Below, piece by piece: positions 9,896-20,527 of a stretch of DNA of 64,000 nt. The position numbers and the translations under genes are program-made. Source of the stretch: a virus (taxonomy: Duplodnaviria; Heunggongvirae; Uroviricota; Caudoviricetes). Location of the stretch: positions 1 to 64,000 of the IMG/VR virus record IMGVR_UViG_2881684137_000004. One strand, written 5' to 3'. The stretch's first letter is position 1. Each line of letters begins with the position of its first letter. A model generated the notes under the pieces. That model saw only the letters and a program-made list of their open reading frames with translations. It was not told where the DNA came from and searched no databases.

Positions 9896-10408
9896 TTATT
9901 TCTTTACTCTTTTATACACTCCAAAGATTAAATCGTAAGACTTGGTATCTTCTTTATAAATAGCTTGATATGAACTGATTTCATAATCATCATGATCATA
10001 ATCTGGGAAAAATTTGTCACCTTTGAAAGAGTGATTAATATGAGTGAGATACAAGTAATCTGCAAAAGGTAGAAACTGTTTATAAATATCTGCTCCTCCG
10101 ATAACAAATACTTTTTTGTTATGAAAAGATTTTTGACATAATGAGATTGCTTGTTCAATAGAATTAACGACATGACATTCAGGGTATTTATTAGATGCCG
10201 TGTTAGTTTCCCTGGTTAGAATAATGTTAACTCTGTTAGGCAATGGTCTTCCAATTGAATTAAAAGTTCTTGAACCCATAATTACAACATTACCAGACGT
10301 AATTTCCTTAAAATAAGCAAGGTCTTCGGGAATTTTCCATGGAAGTGAATTGTTGTGATCCCCTATTAAATTATTTCTGTCTACAGCCGCAATAAGAGCA
10401 ATTGCCAT
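9896..10408 (-). CDS. dfrA: dihydrofolate reductase
   Basis: [16 protein letters not shown]...LPW...IMGSRTF...IGGA, classic DHFR motifs. Confidence 0.9.
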   Translation of the reverse strand: MAIALIAAVDRNNLIGDHNNSLPWKIPEDLAYFKEITSGNVVIMGSRTFNSIGRPLPNRVNIILTRETNTASNKYPECHVVNSIEQAISLCQKSFHNKKVFVIGGADIYKQFLPFADYLYLTHINHSFKGDKFFPDYDHDDYEISSYQAIYKEDTKSYDLIFGVYKRVKK

Positions 10409-11196
10409 CAGATAGCTACCTCCATTTTAATTGAGGGATGGCTCCGATAATTTAATAGTTTAAAATCATCAACTGTAAAATCGTAAAAATCTCTTATTTC
10501 GGGATTAATCCATAATTGGGGTGCATTGTAAGGGTTTCTATTAAGCTGTTCTTTTATCGGTTCAAAATGATTTTCATATAAGTGCACATTGTTAATATAA
10601 TGTTTAAAATATCCAACTTGTAAATTTGTCACTTGTGCAATCATGTGAACTAATAATGCATACTGTGCTGTATTAAAGCAAACACCCAATCCCAGATCTC
10701 CTGAGCGCTGAATAAGAGTGCAATTTAATTTCCCATCCGACACATCCCAAATTGTCTGGAGTGCACATGGTTGCAATACCATATCGTCCAAATCTTCAAG
10801 ATTCCAAAGAGTCATTAAATGCCTTCTTGATTGTGGATCGCTTTTAAGTCCTTCAATTAGTTTATCGATTTGACGATATTTTTTCACCTGGTATCCATAG
10901 GCTTTTCCGATAGTAAAATCTTCTCTCATCCATTCATTCCACACTTTTACGCCCATATTTTGTAACAGTCGAACATCATTACTTTGATATACATAGATCC
11001 AAAACAATTCTTTAAGCAAAGTTTTAAAAGAAACAAACTTGGTTGTTAGGATAGGAAATTCTTTTTGAAGGTCGAACTCCATTAACTTTCCAAAGATTTT
11101 TTTTGTGGGAATTCCTGTTCTATTATTATCATAGTAACCTTTATTCAGCACTTCATTTAATAGTGCTAAGTATTGCGTGTCTGCATCATTACACAT
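10408..11196 (-). CDS. thyA: thymidylate synthase (ThyA type)
   Basis: RTGIPT...LQPCA..Q (active-site Cys region). 262 aa. Adjacent to DHFR. Confidence 0.9.
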   Translation of the reverse strand: MCNDADTQYLALLNEVLNKGYYDNNRTGIPTKKIFGKLMEFDLQKEFPILTTKFVSFKTLLKELFWIYVYQSNDVRLLQNMGVKVWNEWMREDFTIGKAYGYQVKKYRQIDKLIEGLKSDPQSRRHLMTLWNLEDLDDMVLQPCALQTIWDVSDGKLNCTLIQRSGDLGLGVCFNTAQYALLVHMIAQVTNLQVGYFKHYINNVHLYENHFEPIKEQLNRNPYNAPQLWINPEIRDFYDFTVDDFKLLNYRSHPSIKMEVAI

Positions 11197-11266
11197 TTCT
11201 ACTATCAGCCTCCTATAATGTTTAGCACAAAAGAGGACATGTAGTCCTCCCTTATACTATTTTATA

Positions 11267-12019
11267 TTATTTTTTCTTTTTTTGTCGTTGGATTTCTTTT
11301 TCAATCAGTGGCTCTGGTGCAACCCATCCTTCTGGTTTGATAATTTTTCCGTGTTCGTTGTATCGAGGGTAACCATCCGCATGCAGCTTGTTCATATTAG
11401 CTTCATGGACGATATTAAAGATTGGATCAGGACAAGTGCCAAGGATGGTAAAGTCACCTTTATTGAAATAGGAAATATCAGTGCATGAGTCGATTTGACC
11501 AGTTAAAACGTCAAAATAATTTCTTGGGTATGGTTTGACTACTTGTTTATGGAAAGATTGAGACAGTCTTAATCTAAACTCAGTATACAGTGCATTAAAC
11601 TCATTTTCATTAAATGAAGTTGCATGTAATGCTTCGATTAATTCCTCTGCGATAAACCCTGTTCTATTTAAAATCATCTCTTTTGACATAGGAGTTGGGT
11701 TATCATTCATTGGATATTTGAAAGCTTTATGGAATTCACGAACTTTTTCAAATTCAGTATTAACTTGATCTCTTTTAACTATTGTATCAGTTTTTCCGCG
11801 AAATTTTCTTACTTTAACAGATTCAAGTAATGACACATGAAACTCTTTTACTCTTCGCACATCTTTATGATCAAAATATGTAACTAAGATTAAACCTCGT
11901 TCTTTTAACTGCTTGATAACACCTTTTTTCTTCAGTGGTCTAATCCAAATGCTGCTTTCAACTTCCCATGCCGTTTTTTTCCCCATACTATGAAATTCTC
12001 CTTTTATTCTAATTTTCAT
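11267..12019 (-). CDS. putative all-alpha NTP pyrophosphohydrolase (MazG / dimeric dUTPase-like) domain protein
   Basis: FHKAFKYP...RTGFIAEELIEALHA resembles the MazG/HisE EExxE metal-binding helix. Sits in the nucleotide-metabolism cluster. Confidence 0.45.
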   Translation of the reverse strand: MKIRIKGEFHSMGKKTAWEVESSIWIRPLKKKGVIKQLKERGLILVTYFDHKDVRRVKEFHVSLLESVKVRKFRGKTDTIVKRDQVNTEFEKVREFHKAFKYPMNDNPTPMSKEMILNRTGFIAEELIEALHATSFNENEFNALYTEFRLRLSQSFHKQVVKPYPRNYFDVLTGQIDSCTDISYFNKGDFTILGTCPDPIFNIVHEANMNKLHADGYPRYNEHGKIIKPEGWVAPEPLIEKEIQRQKKKK

Positions 12020-12063
12020 GTTTAAAAAGCATTGATTTTATTGAGTTTTTTGATTTACTATTT

Positions 12064-12831
12064 TTATGTATTTTGATTATCACCAATTATTTCCACTATA
12101 TATTGCGCCTTTTTGTTTTTTATAGTTGAAATAAGTATTTCGCTAACACCATATTCTTTTGCAAGCTTCACATTGCTGATTCCTGAAAGGGATTTTCTAT
12201 AAACTGCTAAAACTTGCTCGTCGTTTAATTTTCTCAATCTTTGTCTACCATCGTTTTTCAGCCTTTGATCTTTTAACATTTGTATATGTTCTTTTGTAAC
12301 CATTGACTCAAATACAGGAATAAGATGTTTCCAGTTGCTTTTATTCCTCACTCTTTTTGCTGAGCCAGGCTTCATATTGAATTTCTTCACTATGTATTTA
12401 ACACTTCTGTCGTGCAACCAAATATCTAAAACATCATCATCAGTCAAAATTGCATTCCCATTATTCTCTCCAGTTTGCACACCTTCAAATGCTCCGGTTT
12501 CCGATGCGTGTTTCATATTATAGCTTTGATCGCACCATTCCAAATTTGCATAGTGATTGTTTGTTTTATTTCTGTCTATATGATTTACAACATCATATTT
12601 ATCTGGATCTGGATTATGAACAAACAGTTTAGCAACTAATCTGTGGATTTTATACTGCTTGTTAGACAGGTTAACGATTTCATACTCATGTATTTTCAAT
12701 TGATTTTTAAGAACTCTGCCTGTACTATTATTCTTCGCTCTACCAAAATTACTTACACTGTATGTATGACCAAATTTATTAGGCAGAACACTGATTTCAG
12801 CAACATCTTTCCAAATTTCTTCTTCAATCAC
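12064..12831 (-). CDS. HNH homing endonuclease (NUMOD4/HNH_3 with C-terminal helix-turn-helix), free-standing downstream of nrdF
   Basis: HRLVAKLFVHNPDPDKYDVVNHIDRNKTNNHYANLEW motif. Start overlaps the nrdF stop. Confidence 0.8.
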   Translation of the reverse strand: MIEEEIWKDVAEISVLPNKFGHTYSVSNFGRAKNNSTGRVLKNQLKIHEYEIVNLSNKQYKIHRLVAKLFVHNPDPDKYDVVNHIDRNKTNNHYANLEWCDQSYNMKHASETGAFEGVQTGENNGNAILTDDDVLDIWLHDRSVKYIVKKFNMKPGSAKRVRNKSNWKHLIPVFESMVTKEHIQMLKDQRLKNDGRQRLRKLNDEQVLAVYRKSLSGISNVKLAKEYGVSEILISTIKNKKAQYIVEIIGDNQNT

Positions 12832-13886
12832 AGTTCATCAAAACCATTATTATCACTTGTTTTCGAATATTGACGTGACTTATTTTCAAAGAAATCAGTT
12901 TTACCAAGATTCAAGTTTTCATCGCTAAAAACTCTGATCCACGGCATTGAGTTTTCACTTACTCCATCATACACTGGAGAAAAATTCAGCATGCCAAGGC
13001 ATTTATTAGCTCTGTATTCGATGTATTCGCTCATTTCATCAATATCTACATCAATACCATTAAGAACGAAGCGAGACCACTCAGTCTCTAACTCTACTGC
13101 TCTTTTAAACAAGTTTTGCACATAAACCTCAAATACTCCGTCCTTATTAATTTCTGGATATTCACTTATGATTAACTTGAGAAGTAAAGACATAAAATAG
13201 CTATGTGCGAATTCGTCTTTGTTAATATATGAAATCATAGTAGATGTTTTTACCATCTTCTGATTACGAGCAAGGTTGTAGAAAAAGGCAAAGGAAGAAT
13301 AAAAATTGATACCTTCTAGTACAATCGATGCTGCAATTGAATTGCATAGATTAATCGGTGTAGGATTATTCTTAAACTCCTCATAGATATCGATGATCAG
13401 ACTGTTCCGTTCATAAATTTCTTTACGAGTTCTAGCCATATCAAAAGCTTTATTTTGAGATTCAAGTTTCTCAATAGATGACAACACATACGAATAACTC
13501 TGGTTATGAATTACTTCTTGATCCTCAATAACAGACAGTACCATTCTGGCACTAGAATCACTCAGATAGTCCTTCAAGACGCTAAGATAGTTTGGCTGTA
13601 CTGAGTCAAGGATAGATAGTAGCCCAATAATGTTCAGAAAGGATTTTTGTTCGAGTTCAGATAAAGTCTTCCATTGCTTTGCATCATCAATCATAGGGAT
13701 TTCTTCTGGTCGCCAGAAGTTGCTAACTAGGTTTTTGTAAATTTCATAGAATTGTGTGTACTTAATATCGTTCCAGTTCACAATTCCACTCGACTTGCCT
13801 CCAATCAGGAAGTCTGATTTATTTGGAGCAGAAACATCTAAAAATCTTGCTTTACTAAGCGGTTTATTTAAGTTCAAACTTATCAA
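12828..13886 (-). CDS. nrdF: ribonucleotide reductase class Ib beta subunit
   Basis: NWN...NFWRPEEI, ferritin-like di-iron helices. 352 aa, apparently uninterrupted. Confidence 0.9.
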   Translation of the reverse strand: MISLNLNKPLSKARFLDVSAPNKSDFLIGGKSSGIVNWNDIKYTQFYEIYKNLVSNFWRPEEIPMIDDAKQWKTLSELEQKSFLNIIGLLSILDSVQPNYLSVLKDYLSDSSARMVLSVIEDQEVIHNQSYSYVLSSIEKLESQNKAFDMARTRKEIYERNSLIIDIYEEFKNNPTPINLCNSIAASIVLEGINFYSSFAFFYNLARNQKMVKTSTMISYINKDEFAHSYFMSLLLKLIISEYPEINKDGVFEVYVQNLFKRAVELETEWSRFVLNGIDVDIDEMSEYIEYRANKCLGMLNFSPVYDGVSENSMPWIRVFSDENLNLGKTDFFENKSRQYSKTSDNNGFDEL

Positions 13887-14331
13887 TCTCCTTCATTATC
13901 TCATCTATGTAATATAATACTTTGTTCTCTTGTCCATTCAATGGAGACTGCTCTATTTTCAAACTTAATTCCTGAACATTGATACTATGTCTTTTCAAAT
14001 GATATTTTATTTCATCGACTGCTCTGCAATAGTGCATCCATTGCGTTTCACCTGTTCCAAATACAAATGTCATGGGAAAATGAGTCTTATTATCCTTCAA
14101 GTGATAAGAAAGAAATTTTCTCATTCTGGCAGGCAGTTTACCATTTCCCCAAGTGTAAGATCCGATAAGCAGAATATCGGTATCAGCCACTAATTCCTCT
14201 AAGTTAGATTCTTGAGAATGAAGATTGACAGAAGAGACGATACAGCCTCTTCTTATCAATTCTTTTTCGATGATGTCAGAAACTAACTTTGTATTGCCAC
14301 TCATTGAAGCATAAAGAATTGCCACCTTCAT
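13864..14331 (-). CDS. nrdI: NrdI-like flavodoxin
   Basis: MKVAILYASMSGNTK (FMN phosphate loop) and LLIGSYTWGNGKLP. Lies between nrdE and nrdF. Confidence 0.7.
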   Translation of the reverse strand: MKVAILYASMSGNTKLVSDIIEKELIRRGCIVSSVNLHSQESNLEELVADTDILLIGSYTWGNGKLPARMRKFLSYHLKDNKTHFPMTFVFGTGETQWMHYCRAVDEIKYHLKRHSINVQELSLKIEQSPLNGQENKVLYYIDEIMKEIDKFELK

Positions 14332-16610
14332 TACGAAGAGCAGCTTTCACAAGCCTCAGCGATATCAATCGAGGTCGATCTAACATAGTAGGTTGTTTTA
14401 CAACCTTCAGACCAGGCAGTCATGTGAATACTCAATAAATCTTTAGCTTTAATATCGTTTTTAACATAGATGTTAAAACTCTGAGATTGATCAATGTTTC
14501 GCTGTCGTGCCGCATTTTGCCTAACACTCCAAATTTGGTCAATCTCGTGTGCTGATTTATAAAACCAAGTTGTCTTGGAGTTTAGACTTGGGACAGTAAC
14601 AGGAATTTTATAGTTTTTCTTTTCTTCGTAATAGAGTTTATTAAAAACCGGATCAATTGAGGCTGTGCCATTAGCAAGTAATGCGGTACTGCCATTAGGT
14701 GCAACAGCCATAAGCCAACCATTTCTCATTCCCTGGCTCATAACCTGCTTTTTAAGCGCTCCCCAATCATGACGGTCATTGGTTTTATAATTTCTTCTCT
14801 CGAAGTATTTTCCAGTATTCCATTCTGAACCTTTATAAAGCGGATACGAGCCTTTCTCAATAGCTAGGTCAGAACTTGCTTTAATTGCATAATAAGCAAT
14901 TTCTTCATAAAGTTTATCGGCAAATTCTACAGCCTCTTCGCTTTCCCATCTAATACCTTTAATAGCCAAAAGCTCATTCCAAGAGAAGGTTCCCATTCCG
15001 GTTGATCTGTAATTTATATTACTCACTTGAGCTTGAAGGACTGGGATTGTGTTTTGATCGATAACATTATCAAGCATTCTCATCTGGATAGGAATTAGTC
15101 TACTTAATACATTGTCAACCACAGCTCTGCCAAGGTGGATACTTGATAGATTGCAAACAACCATATCCCCTGGCTTCTTGTGAATAATAATTTCTCCATC
15201 TTTAATATATTGCTTAGTGACAGTTGTTGGAGATTGATTATTTACGACTTCAACACACAAATTACTTGAGTAAATCATCCCTGCATGCTTATTAGGATTG
15301 GCACGATTAACAGTGTCACGATAGAACATATATGGAGTTCCAGTTTCAAGTTGGGAAACCATAATACGTTTCATGATGTCGATTGCCGCAACTTTATCTT
15401 TATTCAAATCGTTACAACGAACGCATTCTTCATATCGCTCTCTGAATTCTCCGTTTCCTTTTTCATCATCAAAAAAATCTTCAAGGCACCAACCCATAAC
15501 ACTTTTTACTTCGTGAGGATCAAAAAGATACCAGTCCGCTCTTTTCTCAACCTGCTCCATGAATAAATCTGGAAGACAAACTGCTGTAAAAATATCATGC
15601 GCTCTCTGTCTCTCATCACCATTATTTAGTTTTAAATCAAGGAATGACATAATATCTTTGTGCCACACATCCAAGTACACCGCGACCGATCCACTTCTAG
15701 TTCCTAACTGGTCAACTGATACTGCGGTGTTATTAAGCTGCCTAATCCACGGAATAACACCTGAACTGACATTTTTAAATCCTTTAATATCAGAACCTCT
15801 GCTACGAATTTTACCCACGTACGCGCCTATTCCACCGGAATTTTTTGATAAGTTTGCAATATCTGTATTAGAATCATATATTCCTTGCAAACTGTCTTCA
15901 ATAGTATCAATAAAGCAACTAGACAATTGACCATAAGACTTGCCAGCATTACTGAAGGTTGGTGTAGCCACAGTCATGTATTGGTTCGACAATGCCCAAT
16001 ACGCTTCTTTTACTAGTTCCATTCGCTTCTCTTTCTCTTCATCAGACATGAGAACGAGAGCAATGGTTAGATATCTCTCTTGCGGTAGCTCATAAATTTC
16101 TCCTGCATATCCTTTTGCAAGATATCTATCCACCAATGTCTTTAGGCCAATGTATGTAAATAGATAATCTTTCTCCGGTTCTATGTATGAATTGGCTAGT
16201 TTTATTTCTTCATTAGTATATTTTTTCAAGATGGTCTCTGAGTAGATACCCATTTCTCCAAGCTTTTTGAGAATCCCATAGTAGCTACCATATTTATCCC
16301 CAGGATCATATGAACGATTGTATCCTGCCTCTTTATAGAGTCTTTTCAGATATAGTCTAGCAGCCACATGTGTCCATTCCGTCTCGGATGTTGTAATGTT
16401 ATCCAAAGCATTGAGGACAAGTTTATTGCTAATTTCAGATGCTTTAATTTCTTTCTGAGAAAGAATAGATTTAATTGTTCTCTCACTAAGATTATCCGAT
16501 TGAAGATTAGGAAAATCGGACATAACTTTTTCTACATGCCTCACTAACCTTTGTTCATCGAATTCTAATTTCTGAATCTGCGACTTTCTGTCTTTTAACA
16601 CTTGTGTCAA
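14331..16610 (-). CDS. nrdE: ribonucleotide reductase class Ib alpha subunit
   Basis: 759 aa. Catalytic NLC.E region and C-terminal CESCSS redox Cys pair. No intein or intron apparent. Confidence 0.9.
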   Translation of the reverse strand: MTQVLKDRKSQIQKLEFDEQRLVRHVEKVMSDFPNLQSDNLSERTIKSILSQKEIKASEISNKLVLNALDNITTSETEWTHVAARLYLKRLYKEAGYNRSYDPGDKYGSYYGILKKLGEMGIYSETILKKYTNEEIKLANSYIEPEKDYLFTYIGLKTLVDRYLAKGYAGEIYELPQERYLTIALVLMSDEEKEKRMELVKEAYWALSNQYMTVATPTFSNAGKSYGQLSSCFIDTIEDSLQGIYDSNTDIANLSKNSGGIGAYVGKIRSRGSDIKGFKNVSSGVIPWIRQLNNTAVSVDQLGTRSGSVAVYLDVWHKDIMSFLDLKLNNGDERQRAHDIFTAVCLPDLFMEQVEKRADWYLFDPHEVKSVMGWCLEDFFDDEKGNGEFRERYEECVRCNDLNKDKVAAIDIMKRIMVSQLETGTPYMFYRDTVNRANPNKHAGMIYSSNLCVEVVNNQSPTTVTKQYIKDGEIIIHKKPGDMVVCNLSSIHLGRAVVDNVLSRLIPIQMRMLDNVIDQNTIPVLQAQVSNINYRSTGMGTFSWNELLAIKGIRWESEEAVEFADKLYEEIAYYAIKASSDLAIEKGSYPLYKGSEWNTGKYFERRNYKTNDRHDWGALKKQVMSQGMRNGWLMAVAPNGSTALLANGTASIDPVFNKLYYEEKKNYKIPVTVPSLNSKTTWFYKSAHEIDQIWSVRQNAARQRNIDQSQSFNIYVKNDIKAKDLLSIHMTAWSEGCKTTYYVRSTSIDIAEACESCSS

Positions 16611-16767
16611 TCTATCAATCTCCTTATCATTTATTTGATCAACCTCATCCCAAACCGAGGCATTTTCTCTCGTTGATCATGTGTGCTCCCCACTATCGTC
16701 GTGTTTAACCTCAACTCATTAGAGTCGACATAACTTATCTGAGCACCTTGCCCTTTACATAATTTAC

Positions 16768-16941
16768 TTATAGAGCTGTTTTAACTACACCTACAATAGT
16801 ATTTGCAGAAAGCATGTTTCCATCAATTGTAACGAATTCAAATCTGTTATCATTAAGTTCTGTTGCTAGTTTTGCAACATCAACGTTAAATACAGGAATG
16901 TTAGCGCCGCTTTTTAAGATAATATTGTATTTAGTCCCCAT
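16768..16941 (-). CDS. small hypothetical protein (57 aa), below the 60-aa ORF-track cutoff
   Basis: RBS GGGGAGAG followed by ATG. MGTKYNIILKSGANIPVFNVDVAKLATELNDNRFEFVTIDGNMLSANTIVGVVKTAL. Confidence 0.35.
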   Translation of the reverse strand: MGTKYNIILKSGANIPVFNVDVAKLATELNDNRFEFVTIDGNMLSANTIVGVVKTAL

Positions 16942-17020
16942 TCTTATCTCTCCCCTTATTTTTATATTTTTTCATCCCAAATAAATTTACAATTTCATAC
17001 TATTTTTTGTTTAAAAAATC

Positions 17021-17395
17021 TCAATGTTTCTCTAGCCTTTTGTTAATGCTTTTTAAGCTTTCAGCTATTGATTTTGAAGTTTGCTCTGTCTGTGTAGGAA
17101 AAGCAGTCCATCGCCAAATCAGTCCACTCCCTAATAGCATCGACTGAATTTTATCAATACTGTTGCCATATGCTACATCAATAATAGATATTACTGGAGA
17201 ATAATTATGGATCAGGTTTTCATCGTAAGTATTATTATAATATTCCAACTTTGAAATGAAATTTTCTCTCTCATTGATAATAATCTCCGGCTTTTCAAAA
17301 CCTTCCATTTTAACAAGTACCCCAATAAATCTTGTATCGTTTTTCAATGCTTCATGAATAACAGAATTCAATTGCTCCTTATTCATTTTCATCAC
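17021..17395 (-). CDS. hypothetical protein
   Basis: ORF, operon orientation. Confidence 0.5.
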   Translation of the reverse strand: MMKMNKEQLNSVIHEALKNDTRFIGVLVKMEGFEKPEIIINERENFISKLEYYNNTYDENLIHNYSPVISIIDVAYGNSIDKIQSMLLGSGLIWRWTAFPTQTEQTSKSIAESLKSINKRLEKH

Positions 17396-17430
17396 TCTCC
17401 TCTAATTCTACTTTATAATTCCTACAAACA

Positions 17431-17829
17431 CTAGAAACTTCGTGGTTTCTCCAGTTGTTTAACAATAGATTTCAGAGTCTTGACAACTAGTTCTGAAGAT
17501 GTTTGCGCCTGATTTTGAATCAAAAAGTTGTTGATACTCTTGTTTAAATCATATTCTAATTTAGTTTTCTTAAATTTTTCTTCTAGTTCTGAAAATGTGT
17601 TTCCATAGACCGCTGCCGCTATCTTTGAGTAAGAATTAATTATCTGAAGTTTGTCATCAATATCATTTAAAAGACAATCCAATCTTGCCAGATCAGATAC
17701 TTTCAGAATAGAAAACTGCTTTACTACAAATCCATCTTTGTCTGTTATAAGTAGTGAAATGTATTTGGCTTTTTTCTCAGTCGCTTCTTTCATAACTTCC
17801 ATTAATTCATTTTTAATATTGATTTTCAT
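17431..17829 (-). CDS. hypothetical protein
   Basis: Start moved to the internal ATG with RBS AGGAGA (MKINIKNE...) to avoid overlap with the upstream gene. Confidence 0.45.
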   Translation of the reverse strand: MKINIKNELMEVMKEATEKKAKYISLLITDKDGFVVKQFSILKVSDLARLDCLLNDIDDKLQIINSYSKIAAAVYGNTFSELEEKFKKTKLEYDLNKSINNFLIQNQAQTSSELVVKTLKSIVKQLEKPRSF

Positions 17830-18460
17830 TTTTATTTTCTCCTTCTTCTTGTAATTCTTCATCTTCGCAGTAAATACAAATTTTCGGATTTTTGCTTTCT
17901 TCCATTTCATCTGCATAGAATCCTTGTTTGCACAATTTACAATCATATCGAACATAACTAAGTGGATTATATCCACTCCAGGTACTCCCCAAATGAGATG
18001 AAATTTCTTCAATAGCACCACTGGAGACACTTATCCTCTCCAAGCAATCTTCATGTAAAATACCACCAACTTCACTATATTTGCCTAGCACTTCACCAAA
18101 ACGAATATATTTGCCTATTGCATTGCTTACTTGTTTTTGAGTAGCGATGAATACTCCTCTTACCTCACCAATTCTCCCAAAATCCCAAACCATTCTCCAA
18201 AGAAAATCGATGCTATCTTCTTTAATTACTCCTCCATATTCCCCAATTACACAACCTTTTGGCAGCTTTACAAGCTTATATTTTAGGAGTAATTCACTTT
18301 CCTTCATTGCTGCTGTCTTTTCCAGTGTCTGTTGTCCATTGCTATCTACATATGTATGAACACTATATCCAAATGAGGAGAATTCTACTGTACCATATTT
18401 CCCAGATTTCTTATGTTTAACTACTGATCCAAATGGAATGTTTCTACTCATTTGATTCAC
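17813..18460 (-). CDS. hypothetical protein with C-terminal Cys cluster
   Basis: 215-aa ORF. CKLCKQG...CIYCED motif. Confidence 0.5.
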   Translation of the reverse strand: MNQMSRNIPFGSVVKHKKSGKYGTVEFSSFGYSVHTYVDSNGQQTLEKTAAMKESELLLKYKLVKLPKGCVIGEYGGVIKEDSIDFLWRMVWDFGRIGEVRGVFIATQKQVSNAIGKYIRFGEVLGKYSEVGGILHEDCLERISVSSGAIEEISSHLGSTWSGYNPLSYVRYDCKLCKQGFYADEMEESKNPKICIYCEDEELQEEGENKNENQY

Positions 18461-18875
18461 CTTCTACTTTTGGAGTGACTTTTCCAGACTTGATGTCGTT
18501 ATCCAGGTCATTCAGTTGCTTAATGACATCCTCCATGTAATAGTATAAGTCCCAAATATCATGAGTGATATGCGTATCAAGAAAGACCTCATAGTATCCA
18601 TGTTCATAATTGACCGCAATCTCTCTTGTACGATAAAAACTATTAATTGGTGTTTTAGCTGTTTTCTCGAAACTCATTCTACTTAGATATGAATTGAACT
18701 CTTTCAAGAAATCATTATAGAGATTGACGACTTCATCAAGAGTGCGAAAAGCCAAGTATCCTTCAACAAATAAGTAGTATCTATCTGTTCCGTGACTATT
18801 ATCATTTTTGTAAACTTCAAAATCATCATTATGGAAATTAAATAAAGTTTCATATGTCTCAGTCAAAAAACTCAC
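18444..18875 (-). CDS. hypothetical protein
   Basis: ORF, operon orientation. Confidence 0.5.
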   Translation of the reverse strand: MSFLTETYETLFNFHNDDFEVYKNDNSHGTDRYYLFVEGYLAFRTLDEVVNLYNDFLKEFNSYLSRMSFEKTAKTPINSFYRTREIAVNYEHGYYEVFLDTHITHDIWDLYYYMEDVIKQLNDLDNDIKSGKVTPKVEGESNE

Positions 18876-18918
18876 CTCATCAATTAGTGTGAATCATTAT
18901 TCTCTAAAATAATTTTTA

Positions 18919-19296
18919 CTAAATGGTTTTTGGCCTATCGGTAAACTGAACTTCTCCAAAAATGTCACTTAATGACGTCCCACCAAATGCAGTGAAAGTA
19001 TGGTTATTGTCTTTATCAGTATGCTCTAGAACTAACACATTACTGTGTTGATCGATGTGAACACCTCCTAATCTAGCGAACACAGGACTCCCGTTCTGTA
19101 TAAATTGTTCATTGATGGGAGCAATAATTTCAGAAGTAAATATGTCTCTGTTGCCAAAATAGTTTCCATCTGGAATGGTGATTAAAATAGCTGTTCCATC
19201 CACAGAAAATGAAAATGTGTTATTGCTTGAATCGATTTCGATCATTCGATTGAGTGGAACAGTACCCCACACTTGAGCACCGTATCTAATTGTCAT
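18919..19296 (-). CDS. hypothetical protein
   Basis: ORF. Confidence 0.5.
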   Translation of the reverse strand: MTIRYGAQVWGTVPLNRMIEIDSSNNTFSFSVDGTAILITIPDGNYFGNRDIFTSEIIAPINEQFIQNGSPVFARLGGVHIDQHSNVLVLEHTDKDNNHTFTAFGGTSLSDIFGEVQFTDRPKTI

Positions 19297-19400
19297 TTTA
19301 ATTATTTCCTCCTAATGAATTTCTAATTTTTTTCCACTCTTTCCAACATATTGAGAAAGAGTGGGTGTTCTTACTTGTTATTTTTATTTAAACAAAATTT

Positions 19401-19655
19401 CTATTTTAGAATGAATTCTGACAGCTTGCTTTTTAATACATTGTTAGACTCAATTTGATTGCTCACATCATCTACTTCGTTATTAATTTGTCTAATACGC
19501 TCTTCAAGTTCCTCTTTCTCATTGATTCGAGTTAACTTTTCATCATTTAGCAAAATATTAGCTTGTTCAACTTCTTCTGATGCTTTGGTAAACATTGAAA
19601 TGGCATTTGCAACTTTTTGTTTTGCATGTGTTACTCTATTTTTCTTAAAATCCAT
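19401..19655 (-). CDS. hypothetical coiled-coil protein
   Basis: ORF. Confidence 0.45.
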   Translation of the reverse strand: MDFKKNRVTHAKQKVANAISMFTKASEEVEQANILLNDEKLTRINEKEELEERIRQINNEVDDVSNQIESNNVLKSKLSEFILK

Positions 19656-19672
19656 ATTTCAATTCACCCTTT

Positions 19673-20527
19673 CTATTCTAAAAATTCTTTAGGCAGTTGT
19701 AGAATTCCTGAATCCGATCCCCATACTTTAGGGAATTGAACATCCTTGATATTCTTTACAAATTCCCAAGTGATAATGTTACTGTTGATTGATTGCTGAA
19801 TGAGACGATTCGATTCGCTTTCACCACGAGCTTTTTCAATAGCAGAATCAGCTACTCCTTTTGCTTCCTCTCTTTTCCGTTGAGCTTCTTTCTTTGCGAT
19901 TTCAAGCTCAGTGTTTTTGCGCTCTAGTTCTTGTGCTGCTTCTACACGTTTGTCAATAGCTTCCTGTGTTTTTGCATCTGGTTTTGGAACACCAACTGTT
20001 ACGTTAGAGACAATGAATCCAAGCTTAGCAACATCTTCAGAGAATTGTTTCTGAACCTCAATAGCTGCCTCTGATGACTTTTCTCCATATACATCAATCA
20101 CTGTAAACTTTGAAATTGATTTACGTGCTGCATCCCAAAAGCGTGTGCGTAGATATGTATCTTCGATTTCACTAACTGGAATTGGCCCGAATGTATTAAA
20201 AATATATGAAACTTTATCTGGTTCAATTTGGTAATTGAATGCAAAATCAATCGTGATATTCTTACCATCGGAGGTTGCAATTTGAATTTCTTTGTATTCT
20301 TTAGTTTGCATGCGAACAGGATACTTGGTTACTTTATCAAATAGACCTGTTACTTGCCATCCTTGTCCTAGATTCGCATCTTTCACACCACCGTTTGGAG
20401 AATATACAATCCCCACATAGCCATTTGGAATTCTCACAGTCACCATCATAGCGACAATCAATCCGACAATCAATATTGCACCAATTACGCTTGCACCAAT
20501 TCTAAAGAAATTCATTTTTATTATCAT
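19673..20527 (-). CDS. SPFH (band 7 / prohibitin-HflK/C-like) domain membrane protein
   Basis: N-terminal TM helix, SPFH core (GYVGIVYSPNGG...), C-terminal coiled coil. Start placed at MIIKMNFF after RBS AGAGGATGA. The 302-aa track ORF extends further upstream. Confidence 0.7.
   Translation of the reverse strand: MIIKMNFFRIGASVIGAILIVGLIVAMMVTVRIPNGYVGIVYSPNGGVKDANLGQGWQVTGLFDKVTKYPVRMQTKEYKEIQIATSDGKNITIDFAFNYQIEPDKVSYIFNTFGPIPVSEIEDTYLRTRFWDAARKSISKFTVIDVYGEKSSEAAIEVQKQFSEDVAKLGFIVSNVTVGVPKPDAKTQEAIDKRVEAAQELERKNTELEIAKKEAQRKREEAKGVADSAIEKARGESESNRLIQQSINSNIITWEFVKNIKDVQFPKVWGSDSGILQLPKEFLE

Noticed and set aside
16611-16768. NrdR box or riboswitch upstream of nrdE
   Set aside because: No 16-bp NrdR-type palindrome or conserved riboswitch motif is visible in the 158-nt leader.
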